This document shows, one piece after another, positions 15,752 through 29,880 of a DNA stretch of 64,000 nt (positions are counted from its first letter, which is position 1; each line of letters begins with the position of its first letter). The notes under the pieces are model-generated. The model searched no databases. It saw nothing but the letters and a program-made list of their open reading frames with translations, and was not told the DNA's origin. A program made the position numbers and the translations under genes. This stretch comes from Octopus vulgaris (lineage: Eukaryota): positions 37,758,001-37,822,000 of the forward strand of contig OX597840.1 of assembly GCA_951406725.2 (NCBI GenBank), written 5' to 3'.

Positions 15752-15930
15752 TTTGCTCCGTCTTCCCTTCTTTGCATCTTTCCTTTTCCTATGTTTCTGA
15801 CGAAGAGCTTCGCTCGAAACGTTAAACCCTCCTTCTTTACTTCTTTCCTGAGCTTTCCAGTAATACTATATTTGTTCCACGTCCTCACGTTGTTGTGGTT
15901 TCTCTTTGTGTTTTCATGTTGGATTAACTA
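15752..15930 (+). mobile_element. (TA)n-flanked ~180-bp element (family A), probable Penelope-like pLTR derivative
   Basis: Carries the canonical hammerhead below. Downstream layout (cctgagc...taatac...ttgtt.cac...ttttcat) parallels family B. Confidence 0.65.
15793..15827 (+). ncRNA. Minimal type I hammerhead ribozyme motif with canonical core
   Basis: gttt-CTGACGA-A-GAGC-ttc-GCTC-GAAAC-GTT-aaac: stem I gttt/aaac, CUGANGA, stem II, GAAA, palindromic ACGU stem III (dimer type), GUU cleavage triplet. Confidence 0.8.
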
Positions 15931-16005
15931 TATATATAAACCCCTATCTCAATTTGTAACTATAGTTAACTTTCTGAGGAATATGAATTGGTATATGCTT
16001 ATAAC

Positions 16006-16049
<44 letters not shown>

Positions 16050-16301
16050 CTGAGACGAGAGTTGTGACGAGAGCTGTAACGGGAGTTGTGACGTGGGCTG
16101 TTATGGCTATGGTTTCAGTAATTAGACGCAATGCTTTTTTTTATTAACTTTTCTATGTTCGGAAATATTTCTTGTGTGATATGTGAAGGTCGCGTGTTTA
16201 TTTATCTATACACTTACATACACAAACATACATAACTACATATATAGATGGACACCTACATATGCACACGTGTAATCACATGCGTTTGTGTGTGCGCCTA
16301 A

Positions 16302-16334
<33 letters not shown>

Positions 16335-16429
16335 TTTAGGACAGTTATGTAGTTTGCATCACACGCTGTTTCGAGTTGCGAAATTTATTTTGAAACATCT
16401 ATTCCATCTCATTTACTTTACTATTACAT

Positions 16430-16488
<59 letters not shown>

Positions 16489-16556
16489 AAGAGTACCCTG
16501 CAGTATACACTCAGCTTGGATCTTATCTACTCGATTCCGTAATTCTTGTATGCATG

Positions 16557-16601
<45 letters not shown>

Positions 16602-16654
16602 AACACAGAAATAGATACAAACGTACGCATATGCGCTCATATATAAACACCCTC

Positions 16655-16715
<61 letters not shown>

Positions 16716-16737
16716 TATATAAATATATATATACTTA

Positions 16738-16779
<42 letters not shown>

Positions 16780-16830
16780 CATATATATTATATATATATA
16801 TATAAGTATATATATATATTTATATACATA

Positions 16831-16862
<32 letters not shown>

Positions 16863-16882
16863 AGTATATATATATTTATATA

Positions 16883-16920
<38 letters not shown>

Positions 16921-17538
16921 AGCTACATCTGTATTTATGCGTGAAAGTCTGTCAAGTCTTGCAACATAGATATAAATTACGAAACGATTGGTTTGCTAAT
17001 GCAACACTGTGAGTTATACACAATCAAAAGGCCTAGACACGTCGCCACACACACAAACACAGTTACACAACTCGATATCATATTATCTGCAGAGATGTAT
17101 GGATGCGTTGGTTCGCCTATATGCGAATACGTGTGTGTGTGCTAGTAGACGGTGGGGAATGATTATGTGTGTGTGTGTTTTGCAGTTTTCGATGAAATAA
17201 TTATTGGAACCAGACATGGTAAAATGAAAAGAAAATAGATTTGAGGAGGAAATAATGAAGGAAAGAAAGAAAGAAAGTCAGAAAGATAACGAGAAGGAAA
17301 AAAAGGTACGAAGCGAAGGAGGGAATGAAGGAGGTGAAGAAATGGTGGCGGGAGAAAGGAAGGTGGGTGGGGGTGGAAGCAGATATGGAAACCTGATGGA
17401 AAAATAACAAGGAGGGGGAGGAAAAAGTGGAAGAGAAAGGTGCAAAACCAGACATATATATATATGTATATATATATCCACATACACACACAGACACACA
17501 CACACATATATATATATGTATATGTATATATATATATG

Positions 17539-17621
<83 letters not shown>

Positions 17622-17622
17622 C

Positions 17623-17653
<31 letters not shown>

Positions 17654-17686
17654 ATCATGTATATATATATTTATATCATATATATA

Positions 17687-17774
<88 letters not shown>

Positions 17775-17952
17775 TTGTGTTTTCATTGTGTTCTGTGAAG
17801 ATAAAAAGAAAGAATTTTGAGTTGAATTTTATTATCTTTGGTTTAGCTGCTTTCGCTGGCCGAAACTTCGATGTTACTGTCAATTCACTTTTTGTAAAAG
17901 TCACCTAAACACAGTCTGATTAATAAATTGGATAATTCTTCAGTTTTGCAAA

Positions 17953-18540
17953 GGCGGCGAGCTGGCAGAAACGTTAGCACGCCGGGCGAAATGCTTAGCG
18001 GTATTTCATCTCTTGATACATTCTGAGTTCAAATTCCGACGAGGTCGACTTTACCTTCCGTCATTTCCTGGTCGATAATTTAAGAACCAGTTACGCACTG
18101 GGGGCGATGTAATCGACTTAATATCTATGTCTGTCCTTGTTTGTCTCCTCTGTGTTTAGCCCTTGTGGGTAGTAAAGAAATAGGTATTTAATCTCTTGAT
18201 ACATTCTGAGTTCAAATTCCGACGAGGTCGACTTTACGTTTCATCATTTCCTGGTCGATTAAATAAATACCAGTTACGCATTGGGGTCGATATATATCGA
18301 CTTAATATCTATGTCTGTCCTTGTTTGTCCTCTCTGTGTTTAGCCCCTTGTGGGTAGTAAAGAAATAAGAAACGCTAGCACGCCGGACGAAATGCTCAGC
18401 GAAATGCTCTACTGAGGCAGATTTTGCCATTCATCTTTTTGGAGTCGATAAATAAATACCAGTTGCGTACTGGAGTCGATCTAATCGACTGCCATCTTTC
18501 CCCAACGTTTTGTTCCTTGTGCCTAGAGTAGAAAAGAAAT
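17953..18540 (+). mobile_element. S1 tRNA-derived SINE, compound copy (head + 2 tandem ~183-bp units + partial head/core with alternative tail)
   Basis: Head ggcggcgagctggcagaa with B-box-like gagttcaaattcc. The core gtcgactttacctt.catc...gtcgat..aa.taccag is repeated. Units end gtgggtagtaaagaaata. Confidence 0.9.
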
Positions 18541-18580
18541 ATTTTGCAGTACAAAACAGAGAGAGAGAGAGAGAGGTAGG

Positions 18581-18698
18581 AGAAGAGCGTATGATCGAAA
18601 CGTCAAAGACTTCTCACTTGTTGCCGAGCGTTAAGCTAATATACCTGATTGTTGTTCCTTCCTTTGTCTCCGTGTTTTGTTTTCTGTAATGTTGATCT
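18581..18698 (+). mobile_element. 5'-truncated family B hammerhead-like element
   Basis: gaagagcgtatgatcGAAACGTCaaagac...gccgagcgttaagctaatatacc matches the family B 3' part. The CUG part of the core is missing. Confidence 0.65.
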
Positions 18699-18719
18699 AT
18701 ATATAGACATAGATACATA

Positions 18720-18828
18720 TGAGCGCTTGCGTGGCTGTGTGTTAAGAAGCTTGCTTTGTAATAAAGCCTGGCACCGACTAGAAAATTTTCTTTGCATTTG
18801 GTAGACGGAAACTGAAAGAAGCCCGTGG

Positions 18829-18864
<36 letters not shown>

Positions 18865-18881
18865 CACACACACACACACTC

Positions 18882-18934
<53 letters not shown>

Positions 18935-19170
18935 ATGTGTGTGTGTGTGTGTACGTGTGTAGATACGTTTGAAGATACGTGTGTGTCCCACCACTGCTTG
19001 ATAACTTGTTTTGGTGTCTTTACGTCCTCGTAACTTAGTGCTTCAGCCAAACAGACCGATGTAACAATTCCCAGGTTTAATGGAGTCAATTCATTCGACT
19101 GAAATTCTGGAAGGCGCTGTTGGTCCAGCATGGCCGTACCTTCATGACTGAAATGGAAAACAAAACAAAA
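18720..19170 (+). mobile_element. S2 SINE (tRNA/CORE-like head, internal TA/CA microsatellite, CR1-like tail)
   Basis: gtggctgtgtgttaagaagcttgc...ttggtagacggaaactgaaagaagcccgt, then a microsatellite, then ...ccagcatggccgtaccttcatgactgaaa. Confidence 0.8.
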
Positions 19171-19666
19171 CCCTAAAAGGTAAAACAATTACTGTACTCG
19201 ATATTGTTGTTGCAGTTGTTGCTGAAGAAGAATCCATTATTAGTGATTATCGATGTTGTTCATAGTTAATTTGGCTTCAGTGAGAGATTCCTATAACCAG
19301 TTCAACCGGAAATGTGAATTGTAAGGTTAACGATTTTCGTGACTGATACAGATTTCATTTCAATGCCCACACTTACACTATCTTACACACATACACACAT
19401 ACACAAACATATACACAAATATGCTCACGCACATACACACACACACACACAACTGTAGAAGCATGTCTCTCTATATTCCACACACCTCCTAAATATCCTA
19501 AATATCTATCTATATTTTATATGCATGTATTTGTATGCATATGTGTATACATATATCATTATATACATGTACATATACTAACATGCATATATATATATAT
19601 ACATGTATGTAAGTATATATATGTATATATACATGTATGTATCTGCATATATATGAATACATATAT

Positions 19667-19718
<52 letters not shown>

Positions 19719-20906
19719 GTACAGACACTCACACGCTCGCACGCACACACATGCACACACAAACATATACCAACTAAAATAGAATGTGTCTTTGTATATA
19801 GTGGCATCCTCTTACTCTCGTTTCATTAACAATGAAAATATTGCGTGTATATAATGTAAAACTTTTTATACGGTTCTGTTGTCAAATCATCAGAAATTGC
19901 ATATCATTTATTCATGATATTCGGTATTCGTTCTGAGTAGACGAAAGCGTTATCCTTTCAACCATCACATCAATTCTGTTAAATACAAGCACAAATTGAT
20001 ACTCAATGTAACTCTCTAAATAGAAGTAGGTATTCCAAACGCTTATGGGTTTACAATGGAATCACTGATTAATGTCGAATCGATGGTGTTTCTCACTTGT
20101 ACTATGCGTCAAGGGTTATGAGGATATATCCGAAGTTTTCCTGCTCGGTTCTCTGCGGTTGATACCTAGAGTTTCCTCGGTAACCCTATAACTGTTACTC
20201 AAATCTCCCTTCTCTATATTGCTTAATACCGGGGCCAATTGACGTGTACAGTGACGTGATCATGTGAGGTCATTACAGGTGACGGGCATAAAAATTTTGC
20301 CCACTCTTGACCTATCTATGATTGGAAATCTGTTCAAAGAAACGAACTGTGCAAAATCGTATTTCATATATGGCACCGCTCCCGTTCGCTGTCCAAGAAC
20401 AGATCTTCTAGAAATTAGTCAGATTTTATCGACCCTTGTTGCTCATCACAACTCTTGACATTGATAAATATACTTTTTACCATTGCATCAACAGTTGTTT
20501 TCCTATCACATGACCTCCGATAAGAATTTTTTAGAAAATGAATATCGATGGAATCATACAAAACATAAACGGAATAAAAATTCTTAACAAAGCTTGATAT
20601 AAATACTAATATAAATATGTGTATATAGTTTACAAATTGTAAAGTATTTGTGTCTGTGCGTCGGTGAGCGCCTGCATAAAGCTGTATTATAAAGGAGTCA
20701 CAAACAGCAGTATGAAATACCATGTTTATATCAAATTACGTATATATAATTGCACATATCTCGATGTATATAATTATTCTCACACATCTATACACATACA
20801 CGCATGATTATCAAAGTGTACCTAAATGTATTACTTATGTATGTAAATGCGTATACACAAAAACAAACCCAAACACACACGCATATACTTATGTATGCAT
20901 GCCTAT

Positions 20907-20974
<68 letters not shown>

Positions 20975-21031
20975 TATATATATATATGTATATATATATA
21001 CATATGTATATATATGTATATATATATATGT

Positions 21032-21063
<32 letters not shown>

Positions 21064-21478
21064 GTATACATACATATATATATATATATATGAATGTACA
21101 CGCTCACATGCAGGGATTGATTCAGAATAATGGTCGTCATTTGGAATAGAGACATTTTCTTCTAATTTCATTATTTTTCGCTATATTTCTACCAAAATCC
21201 ATAAAATGTGGTGCATCAAACAGCGTAGACTCGAGCTTTTGTTCGCAACATTTTATGTATACACCCCGCCAAACATCGGTACACATACTCATATATATTT
21301 TTGTATTTGTGTGTCTCTTTCTCCTTCACTATCTCTCTCTCTCTTTCTGTGTATATACATATATATATATTTATGGACACGCATATATACACATATATGT
21401 ATGTGTACATATTTATGTGCATATGTTTCCAAATATATGTGAATGTGTGTGCCTATTTATATATAAGATTTAATCATA

Positions 21479-21525
<47 letters not shown>

Positions 21526-21600
21526 ATGTCTTTATATACATATTCACACACACACACACACACATTTATATATATATATATATATGTATATATATTCATA

Positions 21601-21733
<133 letters not shown>

Positions 21734-22274
21734 CAAAGAATAAAATTTGTATGTATATATATATATTCCCGTGGGAGTATATATTTATGTAGCACACAGA
21801 CTTTGCATGTGTGTATTCTTATAATACTCCCTTTTGTTTCGGAATAAATATACATAATACAATGTCTACAGGCTGATGTATATCATTTTTGTATATATAT
21901 ATATATATATGTGGTAAAATTGTGCATGTGTACGTGTGTGTGTAAGTATGATTTTACATATAAGTATATGTATTTTTTATGGGTGATTATAATCTTTGGC
22001 AATGATATGTTAAGCAAGAGCCTCGTTGGCCAACGTCCGCCTACGCGCGTTGGAACGGTAACGCGAGGAATCGCCGGAGATGCCTGCCTTGTTGATGTTA
22101 TCGCAATAGCCTTTTACATTTAACCTCTGCTAACAAGACTTTTGTCTGAAGCAAGAATTTTAGTCTCATATACAAACAAACACACCCACATCCACACCAC
22201 AAACAGATATCTATACGTAGGCATATATACATATGTGTTTGTGTATGAGTGTGTGTGTGTGTATGTGTGTGTGG

Positions 22275-22484
22275 TCTTTTTCTGTTACTCTTGTACTTGC
22301 TTCAGCCAGTTGACTGTGGCCATGCTGGAGCGCCGCCTTCAGTCGAGCAAATCGACCCCACGACTTATTCTTTGGAAGCCTAGTACTTCTTCTATCGGTT
22401 TCTTTTGCCGAACCGTAACATCGGTTGTAAAGCGATGGTGGGAAGACCATCACGGACACACACACATATATATATATATACATG

Positions 22485-22540
<56 letters not shown>

Positions 22541-22611
22541 GATACATACATACATATATATATATATACACACACATATATATATAGAGAGATACATAGA
22601 CACATACATAC

Positions 22612-22659
<48 letters not shown>

Positions 22660-22989
22660 ATGTGCAATGGCCCAGTGGTTAGGGCAGCGGACTCGCGGTT
22701 GTAGAATTGCGGTCTCTATTCCTAGATCGGATGTTGTAAGTGTTTATTGAGAGAAAACACTTAAAGCTCCTCGAGTGTCCGGCAGGGGCTGGTGGTGATC
22801 CCTGCTGTACTCTTTCGCCACAACTTTCTCTCACTCTTTCTTCTGTTGGCCTGCTCGCTTAGCCAGCGGGGTGGCGTCATTTGAAGGCTAAAACAATGCG
22901 AAGCGCATTGTGACCAGCGATGTGATACCCTGGTCGGTCACGGTGATATATACATATATATATGGCCGTACCGTCATGACTGCAACGAA

Positions 22990-23080
<91 letters not shown>

Positions 23081-23111
23081 CGCAGCTCTGAGCTGAAACT
23101 AGAAAGAAAAA

Positions 23112-23159
<48 letters not shown>

Positions 23160-23260
23160 CATTCGATGGGCTTCTTTCAGTATCCGTCCACTAAATCCAC
23201 TTACAATGCTTAGGTCGGCCCGAGGCTACCGTACAAGGCACTTGTGAAAGGTACGACGCA

Positions 23261-23265
<5 letters not shown>
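22275..23265 (-). mobile_element. S2 SINE split by insertions in its internal microsatellite
   Basis: The 3' half (22275-22460) and the 5' half (~23160-23265) are both on the minus strand, in the correct order. Confidence 0.7.
22658..22946 (+). mobile_element. S3 tRNA-derived SINE, short-tail variant
   Basis: A-box tggcccagtgg and degenerate B-box. The body matches the 45813-46199 copy up to ctctcactctt, then has a different tail. Confidence 0.85.
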
Positions 23266-23303
<38 letters not shown>

Positions 23304-23339
23304 GTACGCGCACACACATATATTTGGAAAAGAAATAGA

Positions 23340-23870
23340 ATGACTTCACTAGCAGTTCTAATCAATTTTAATTTCTAAAGATTCCTTCTTAACGTTTCTG
23401 GAGAACCTTATCGCATTCTTCGCTGACGGTTGTCAGACTGATCTCAGGTTGAGTTGTACTGTCAGATTCTCTGTATAAGAGATTTGGGTATGTCTGGGGG
23501 TGGGGTGGGCATTTGTTAACAAGTGTAAGAGCGAAGGAGTGTCGATGAATCGGGGTTGAAAGAAAATAGTAAATGTTAATAACAAGATAATTGATTGAGG
23601 GTGGAGTTGGGAGGTGGTGGTGTGCTTAAGAGTGTTTCACGAAGGCCTTGTGAGAGTGCCCCCTGATAGTTCCTATTTGAATAGTTGACCTTTGAGGGGA
23701 AATGTAATGGTGAGACTCTTTACAAATTCGTTTCTTATGGCTGATTCAACCATCTTTAATTTATAAAGAGAAGCTTCAGAAATTTTAAAGATGATTTTAG
23801 GTGTGTGAGGGAGGTGTGTTTATGAGGTATAATATACATGTCTTTTGATAAAAAGGGGGCTGATAGCAAA
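23340..23870 (-). pseudogene. Probable Penelope-like element 3' remnant (GIY-YIG C-terminus-like peptide + partial hammerhead)
   Basis: Minus-strand PKIIFKISEASLYKLKMVESAI resembles the end of PLE GIY-YIG domains. Downstream lies gataa-gg-ttct-cc-a-GAAAC-GTT-aagaa (~23385-23412). Confidence 0.35.
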
Positions 23871-24061
23871 GAGAAAGAGAGGGAGAGAGAGAAAAAGCTA
23901 AGGTTAGACTTGGAATGTTTGTTAATAGACATGTATTATCTATATCTTGGGTTTGGGAAGGGAGGTGTGGGGGCAGAGATCATGCTAGCTCACATACTTT
24001 CCCCCTACTTATAAACAAACAAAAAGTATACACACATACACACATAGGCATACATATACAT

Positions 24062-24116
<55 letters not shown>

Positions 24117-24164
24117 CATAGACACATACATATATACACATATATGTATACATAGACCTATACC

Positions 24165-24189
<25 letters not shown>

Positions 24190-24195
<6 letters not shown>

Positions 24196-24410
24196 TTGTG
24201 TTTCCGTGTTTGTCCCCCCAACATCGCTTGACAACCGACGCTGTGTGTTTACGTACATGTCACCTAGCGGTTAGGCCAGAGAGACCGATAGAATAAGTAG
24301 CAGGCTTACAGAACATAATTCCTGGGGTCGATTTGCTCGACTAAAGGCGGTGCTCCAGCATGGCCGAAGTCAAATGACTGAAACAAATAAAAGAATAAAA
24401 CAAAGAATAT
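24190..24410 (+). mobile_element. S2 SINE 3' half
   Basis: tttgtccccccaacatcgcttgacaaccga...ggcggtgctccagcatggccgaagtcaaatgactgaaacaaataaaagaa. Confidence 0.85.
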
Positions 24411-24438
24411 ATATGTGTGTGTATATATATATATATAT

Positions 24439-24646
24439 AACGGGAGGCTTTATGAAAATAAACAAAAGACGAAGGCAGGTGGAAAACAAACGAACAATTG
24501 TATTAGTATGGCGCTCAGGAAATATAAATAAAACAAGTCTTTAACGTTTCGAGCCTACGCTCTTCAACAGAAAGATACACAGAGAGAGAAAAACACAGAA
24601 AGAAGGAGAGAAAAAAATGCGTGCAGTAGCTAACGAATCAACATGG

Positions 24647-24650
<4 letters not shown>
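24439..24650 (-). mobile_element. Family B (TA)n-flanked element with hammerhead-like motif (A6U core)
   Basis: Minus strand 24575-24538 reads tcttt-CTGTTGA-A-GAGC-gtag-GCTC-GAAAC-GTT-aaaga. Confidence 0.8.
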
Positions 24651-24700
<50 letters not shown>

Positions 24701-24703
<3 letters not shown>

Positions 24704-25337
24704 CGGCCACACCTTGAATACTGCTACCCACTGTGGTCTCCCCATACAAGACAAAACATCTCCAGAATTGAGTCTCCCCAGAGGGCTCTCACTAAACAAA
24801 TTGAAGGCATGGCCGCTCTCGATTATTGGGATCGCCTTAAAGCCTTGAAACTTTACTCCCTTCTGCGTCGCCGTGAGCGGTACATCATTTGTACGATGTG
24901 GAGAATATACCGCCAACTTTGCCCAAACGACCTTAACATTAGCTTCAAGGTTCATCCAAGACTGGGACCACGGGCCATACGATCCCTGCCCAATTCAAGA
25001 TCACAACATACATGTACGATGCCACATAATTTCTTTTCCTCAACAGGCCCTGCCCTATTTAAAATTGTCCCGATGGAGATCAAAGAGGAAAAGGATCCCA
25101 TCAACTTTAAACGGAGTCTGGATAGATTCCTTCAAAGAATACCAGATAAGCCACCCTTAATTGGATACAACTCACCCAACAAGAACTCACTACTTCAACA
25201 AAACTTGATACAACTCACCCAACAAGAACTCACTACTTAAACAAAACTTGCCTTAAACAGGATTCGAATAATCCTATCAGGTAGTGCTATTAAGTTAGAC
25301 ATGGCCTGGACCAATCTTTGGTCGAAACATATCTAAG
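24701..25337 (+). pseudogene. CR1-like LINE, 5'-truncated ORF2 C-terminus + 3' UTR
   Basis: IRPHLEYCYPLWSPH...IESPQRALTKQIEGM..LDYWDRLKALKLYSLLRRRERY...FKRSLDRFL is typical CR1/L2-group post-RT sequence. 3' stem-loop gacca-atctt-tggtc-gaaac. A 43-bp tandem duplication lies at 25164-25249. Confidence 0.9.
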
Positions 25338-25411
25338 TTTATATATATACATATTTATATACATACATATATATATATATGTATGTATGTATATATATAT
25401 ATGTATGTATG

Positions 25412-25465
<54 letters not shown>

Positions 25466-25489
25466 CATACATATATATATATGTATGTA

Positions 25490-25575
<86 letters not shown>

Positions 25576-26107
25576 CATACATGTACATATGAATACATAG
25601 ACTTACAATTCCTTTCTGTTTCCACACACGCACACAAGTACACACACAGATGCATGCAAAACTTCACACAAGCCCCCCCCCCATATACACACCCACATAC
25701 ATACGTACACATCCCCACACATCCACACACACGAACATCCCCACCCCCACTCGTTCAAGAGAGAGGTCCATGCGAATATCAGCATGTATGTATGTCATTG
25801 CAGCATAACACTTGAAAAATTGTCTGAAATAACCTCAATTCAGGATTGAATTCGTTACGTGATCTGAACTCAGAACATCTCTCCCCCCACCTCTCCGATT
25901 CCCCTCACTGCTTCTCAAGCATCCAATCAATTTGTTGGATTATATTGGAGCTTTAGCACTTTAACATCAGATTAATTAAAAAGAAAAAAAAATATATATG
26001 CATATAATTAATTTGCATGTTGTGAGACACGTAATTTTTTTCTGGGGTTGGGGGGATATGACATCAGTTTGCTTTCAGGCAATGTTACATATATATATCG
26101 CACCGAA

Positions 26108-26247
<140 letters not shown>

Positions 26248-26252
26248 AATAC

Positions 26253-26307
<55 letters not shown>

Positions 26308-26310
26308 TAC

Positions 26311-26356
<46 letters not shown>

Positions 26357-26809
26357 ATATACATGTATATGTATATATATATATAATATATATATATATA
26401 TATCATTATATATATGTGTGTATATGAATGAATATATATATATATATATGTATGTATGTATGTATGAAAACATATATAGATGCACGTGAATGAGCGTTTA
26501 GGCATTTTTGTGGATATATTAGTATTATTTATACATATGTATATATTCTCAGGCACACATGCATACTCACACACACATACACACACTATCACAAACACAC
26601 ACACACACACACACACACACCTACATATGCAGGCAACATGCATATCGCTTGAACATACGCAGTTCGTGTTTAAACAAGATACACGCCATATCACACTCTT
26701 TTAAGCAATCATAACACAAATGTACTTACATGTTACGCACACACAGAAAAAAATCACGGACGAAAAGAGACACACAGACATAGTCACATATGCAATCATA
26801 AGCATCCCT

Positions 26810-26923
26810 CATCTTCTTCTTCTTCTTCTTCTTCTTCTTCTTCTTCTTCTTCTTTTTCTTCTTCTTCTTCGTTTTCTTTTTCACATTATTGTTAAAACAA
26901 CATCTATTACTACTATTATCGAC

Positions 26924-26954
<31 letters not shown>

Positions 26955-26957
26955 ATG

Positions 26958-27013
<56 letters not shown>

Positions 27014-27119
27014 GCTACTGTTGCTGCTGCTGCTGCTACTACTACTACTACTACTGCTGCTACTACTACTACTACCAACATCACCACCACCACATTATTC
27101 TAGTTGTTTATTTTTCTGC

Positions 27120-27172
<53 letters not shown>
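26810..27172. repeat. Compound trinucleotide microsatellite (CTT/CTG/CTA/TTA)n
   Basis: Direct reading. Confidence 0.95.
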
Positions 27173-27173
<1 letters not shown>

Positions 27174-27174
27174 G

Positions 27175-27341
27175 CGGTATTTCACCCGTCGCAATGATCT
27201 GAGTTCAATTTCAGCCGAGGTCGATTTAAACTTTCATCTTTTGTGGATCTATAAATTGAGTACCAGTGAAATACTGGGGGTCTACGTAATCGACTAGTCC
27301 CTTTCCCCAAAATATGGGGCCTTGTGCCCACGGTTGAAAGG

Positions 27342-27379
<38 letters not shown>

Positions 27380-27712
27380 CATCAGAGGAATCTGTGATAT
27401 AGCAGAATCGTTCACTCGTTGCACGAAATGCTTAGCTGTGTTTCGCCCGCTGCTACGATCTGAGTTCAAATCCCGCCAAGTTCGTCTTTGGCTTTCAACC
27501 TTTCGGGTTAATAGTGAAACATTGGTGTCGATGTAATCGAGAAGTCCCCTCCCCACAAATTTGAGACCTTTTGCCTCCAGGAGAAAAGATTATTATTATT
27601 GTTACGGATGCGGCGAGCTGGCATGATCGTTGGTACACAGTCCAAAATGTTTCGTGGCATTGCGTCAGTCGTTACCTTCCGAGTTCAAATTCAGCCGAAG
27701 TCTAGCTTGGCT
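27175..27712 (+). mobile_element. Cluster of three S1 SINE copies separated by (TTA)n
   Basis: tctgagttcaa / ccgagttcaa B-box segments at ~27198, ~27460 and ~27679. Core and tail motifs follow the first two. Confidence 0.75.
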
Positions 27713-27769
27713 GCAGTGTGAAAATGAGTGAAACAAATAAAAGAATATAAAAAGAAAAAATGAATGATC

Positions 27770-28021
27770 TTCCTCCTCATCATGATTATCATCAAGATTG
27801 TTATCGTCAGCGTCATCGTCAGCGTCATCACTACCGTCATCATCGACATCACCACCAACACCACTACCGTTTTCATCACCATCATCAACATCGCTACCAC
27901 CGCCAACAACAATATCATTATCATCATCGTTACCCCCACCATCTACCCCACCACCACCACCATCATCATCATCGTCATCGCCACCACCACCACCATCATC
28001 ATTATCATCATCGTCATCGCC

Positions 28022-28055
<34 letters not shown>

Positions 28056-28212
28056 CCCACACCATCACCCTCACCACCACCACCACCACCACCATCATCA
28101 TCCTCACCACCACCACTACCACCACCACCACTAACATCATCATCATCATCGCTACCACCAACACCACTACCACCACCACCACCACCACCACCGCCGCCGC
28201 CACCACAACCAT
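27770..28212. repeat. Degenerate (CAT/CAC)n low-complexity tract
   Basis: Direct reading. It generates the poly-H/T/P ORFs. Confidence 0.95.
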
Positions 28213-28343
28213 CAGTATTTAAGCGGTTTCAATTACTGAATTAATCGCCGAAGCGAAATGAACACTTTTCATTAGTTTTAAACGAGTGGCAAATCTCTCC
28301 ATTTTACATTCCGTTCGTGTCGCGCACCCCGTTGGCAGCACGT

Positions 28344-28358
28344 AGCGCCATCTATTGC
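28344..28358. promoter_or_regulatory. Candidate CTCF-binding motif
   Basis: agcgccatctattgc closely matches the CTCF core GCGCCMYCTAGTGG. It lies in a non-repetitive island. Confidence 0.3.
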
Positions 28359-28845
28359 TTGCAAAGTAAACGCTAAGCCCTCCATTGATATGTAGTCACA
28401 GAGCAAAACACACACACAAACACGTTTAGAATATGGACGTGAAAAAAACACAAGATCACCACCAGGAGAAAAGTCTTCAACGCTTAAGTGAAAGTTAGAA
28501 TTTATTCTCGGATCAGTCGTAAGTCAGAGAGTTTGGTAAAAATAATGTCCTTTCATTTGTCATGTTCGATGCATGATGACTTAAGGATGAAAAAAAGAAA
28601 AATTCAAAAGAAAGCCGAAAAGATTTAAAGAATTGCAGGAATAAAAGCGAAAGAAGTACTGAATGAATGATTACATACATTTATGCTCGTATATGTGTGT
28701 GTGCATGTGTGTGTGTGTGGATTTACATTTATGTATATACATATCTGTCTGTCTGTCTCCATCTCTCTCTCTATATATATATGCATACATACATGATATA
28801 TATGTGTGTATGTATTTATATATATATATGTGTATGTATGTATGC

Positions 28846-28919
<74 letters not shown>

Positions 28920-29410
28920 CTATATACATATACATATATATACTTGTATCTATATACATATATACTTATGCCTATACACATAAATACAATATATATATAT
29001 ATAGGTACGCATGTGTGCATGTATATATTAATATAAGCATAAACATACGAACATGTATAAACATATAAATATATGCGTGTGTTTATACATGTGTGTGCGT
29101 GTTTGTGTGTTTGTGCGTGCGTGTTTGTGTGTGTATGTATGTGTGTTTGTATGTGTGTGCGTGCGTGTTTGTGCATGTTTGGGTGTGTGTTTATGTGTGT
29201 GTGTGCGTGTTTGTGTTTGTGTGTTTCTATGTGGGAGTGAATAATTGTGTGTGTGTGCGTGTGTATGTGTGTGTGTGTGTGTGTGTGTGTCTCGTTTTTT
29301 GTACATCCCGAAGTCATCGTGTATTGAACGTGACAGATATTTGCGTGTGTAGATATTTTTATACGCATTATAGGTATGTATATGTATACGAGTATGAATA
29401 TGCGTATATG

Positions 29411-29555
<145 letters not shown>

Positions 29556-29839
29556 TTGTGTGTGTACATTTGTTTGCATGTATATGCGTATACAAACATA
29601 CACAACCTGGCAATATAAACAACAAAATATTTGAGCAGATAAATAACATCATCATTCCCATCATCATCATTCCCATCATCATCATCATCATCATTATCGT
29701 CATCATCACCATCATCTCACCACGAAACCATAGCAAGAGTAAAACGATCGACAAGAGTAAAACGACTGTTACCGCAATTTACTACTACTACTACTACTAC
29801 TACTGCTGCTGCTGCTACTACTACTACTACTACTACTAC

Positions 29840-29880
<41 letters not shown>

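Noticed and set aside
22010-22095. HDV-like ribozyme on the minus strand (ttcctcg loop, ccaacg/cgttgg hairpin)
   Set aside because: Could not build P1, P2 or the GG needed for P1.1.
27760-28244. His-rich and Pro/Ser-rich ORFs
   Set aside because: A (CAT/CAC)n tract open in nearly all frames, with no splice or start context.
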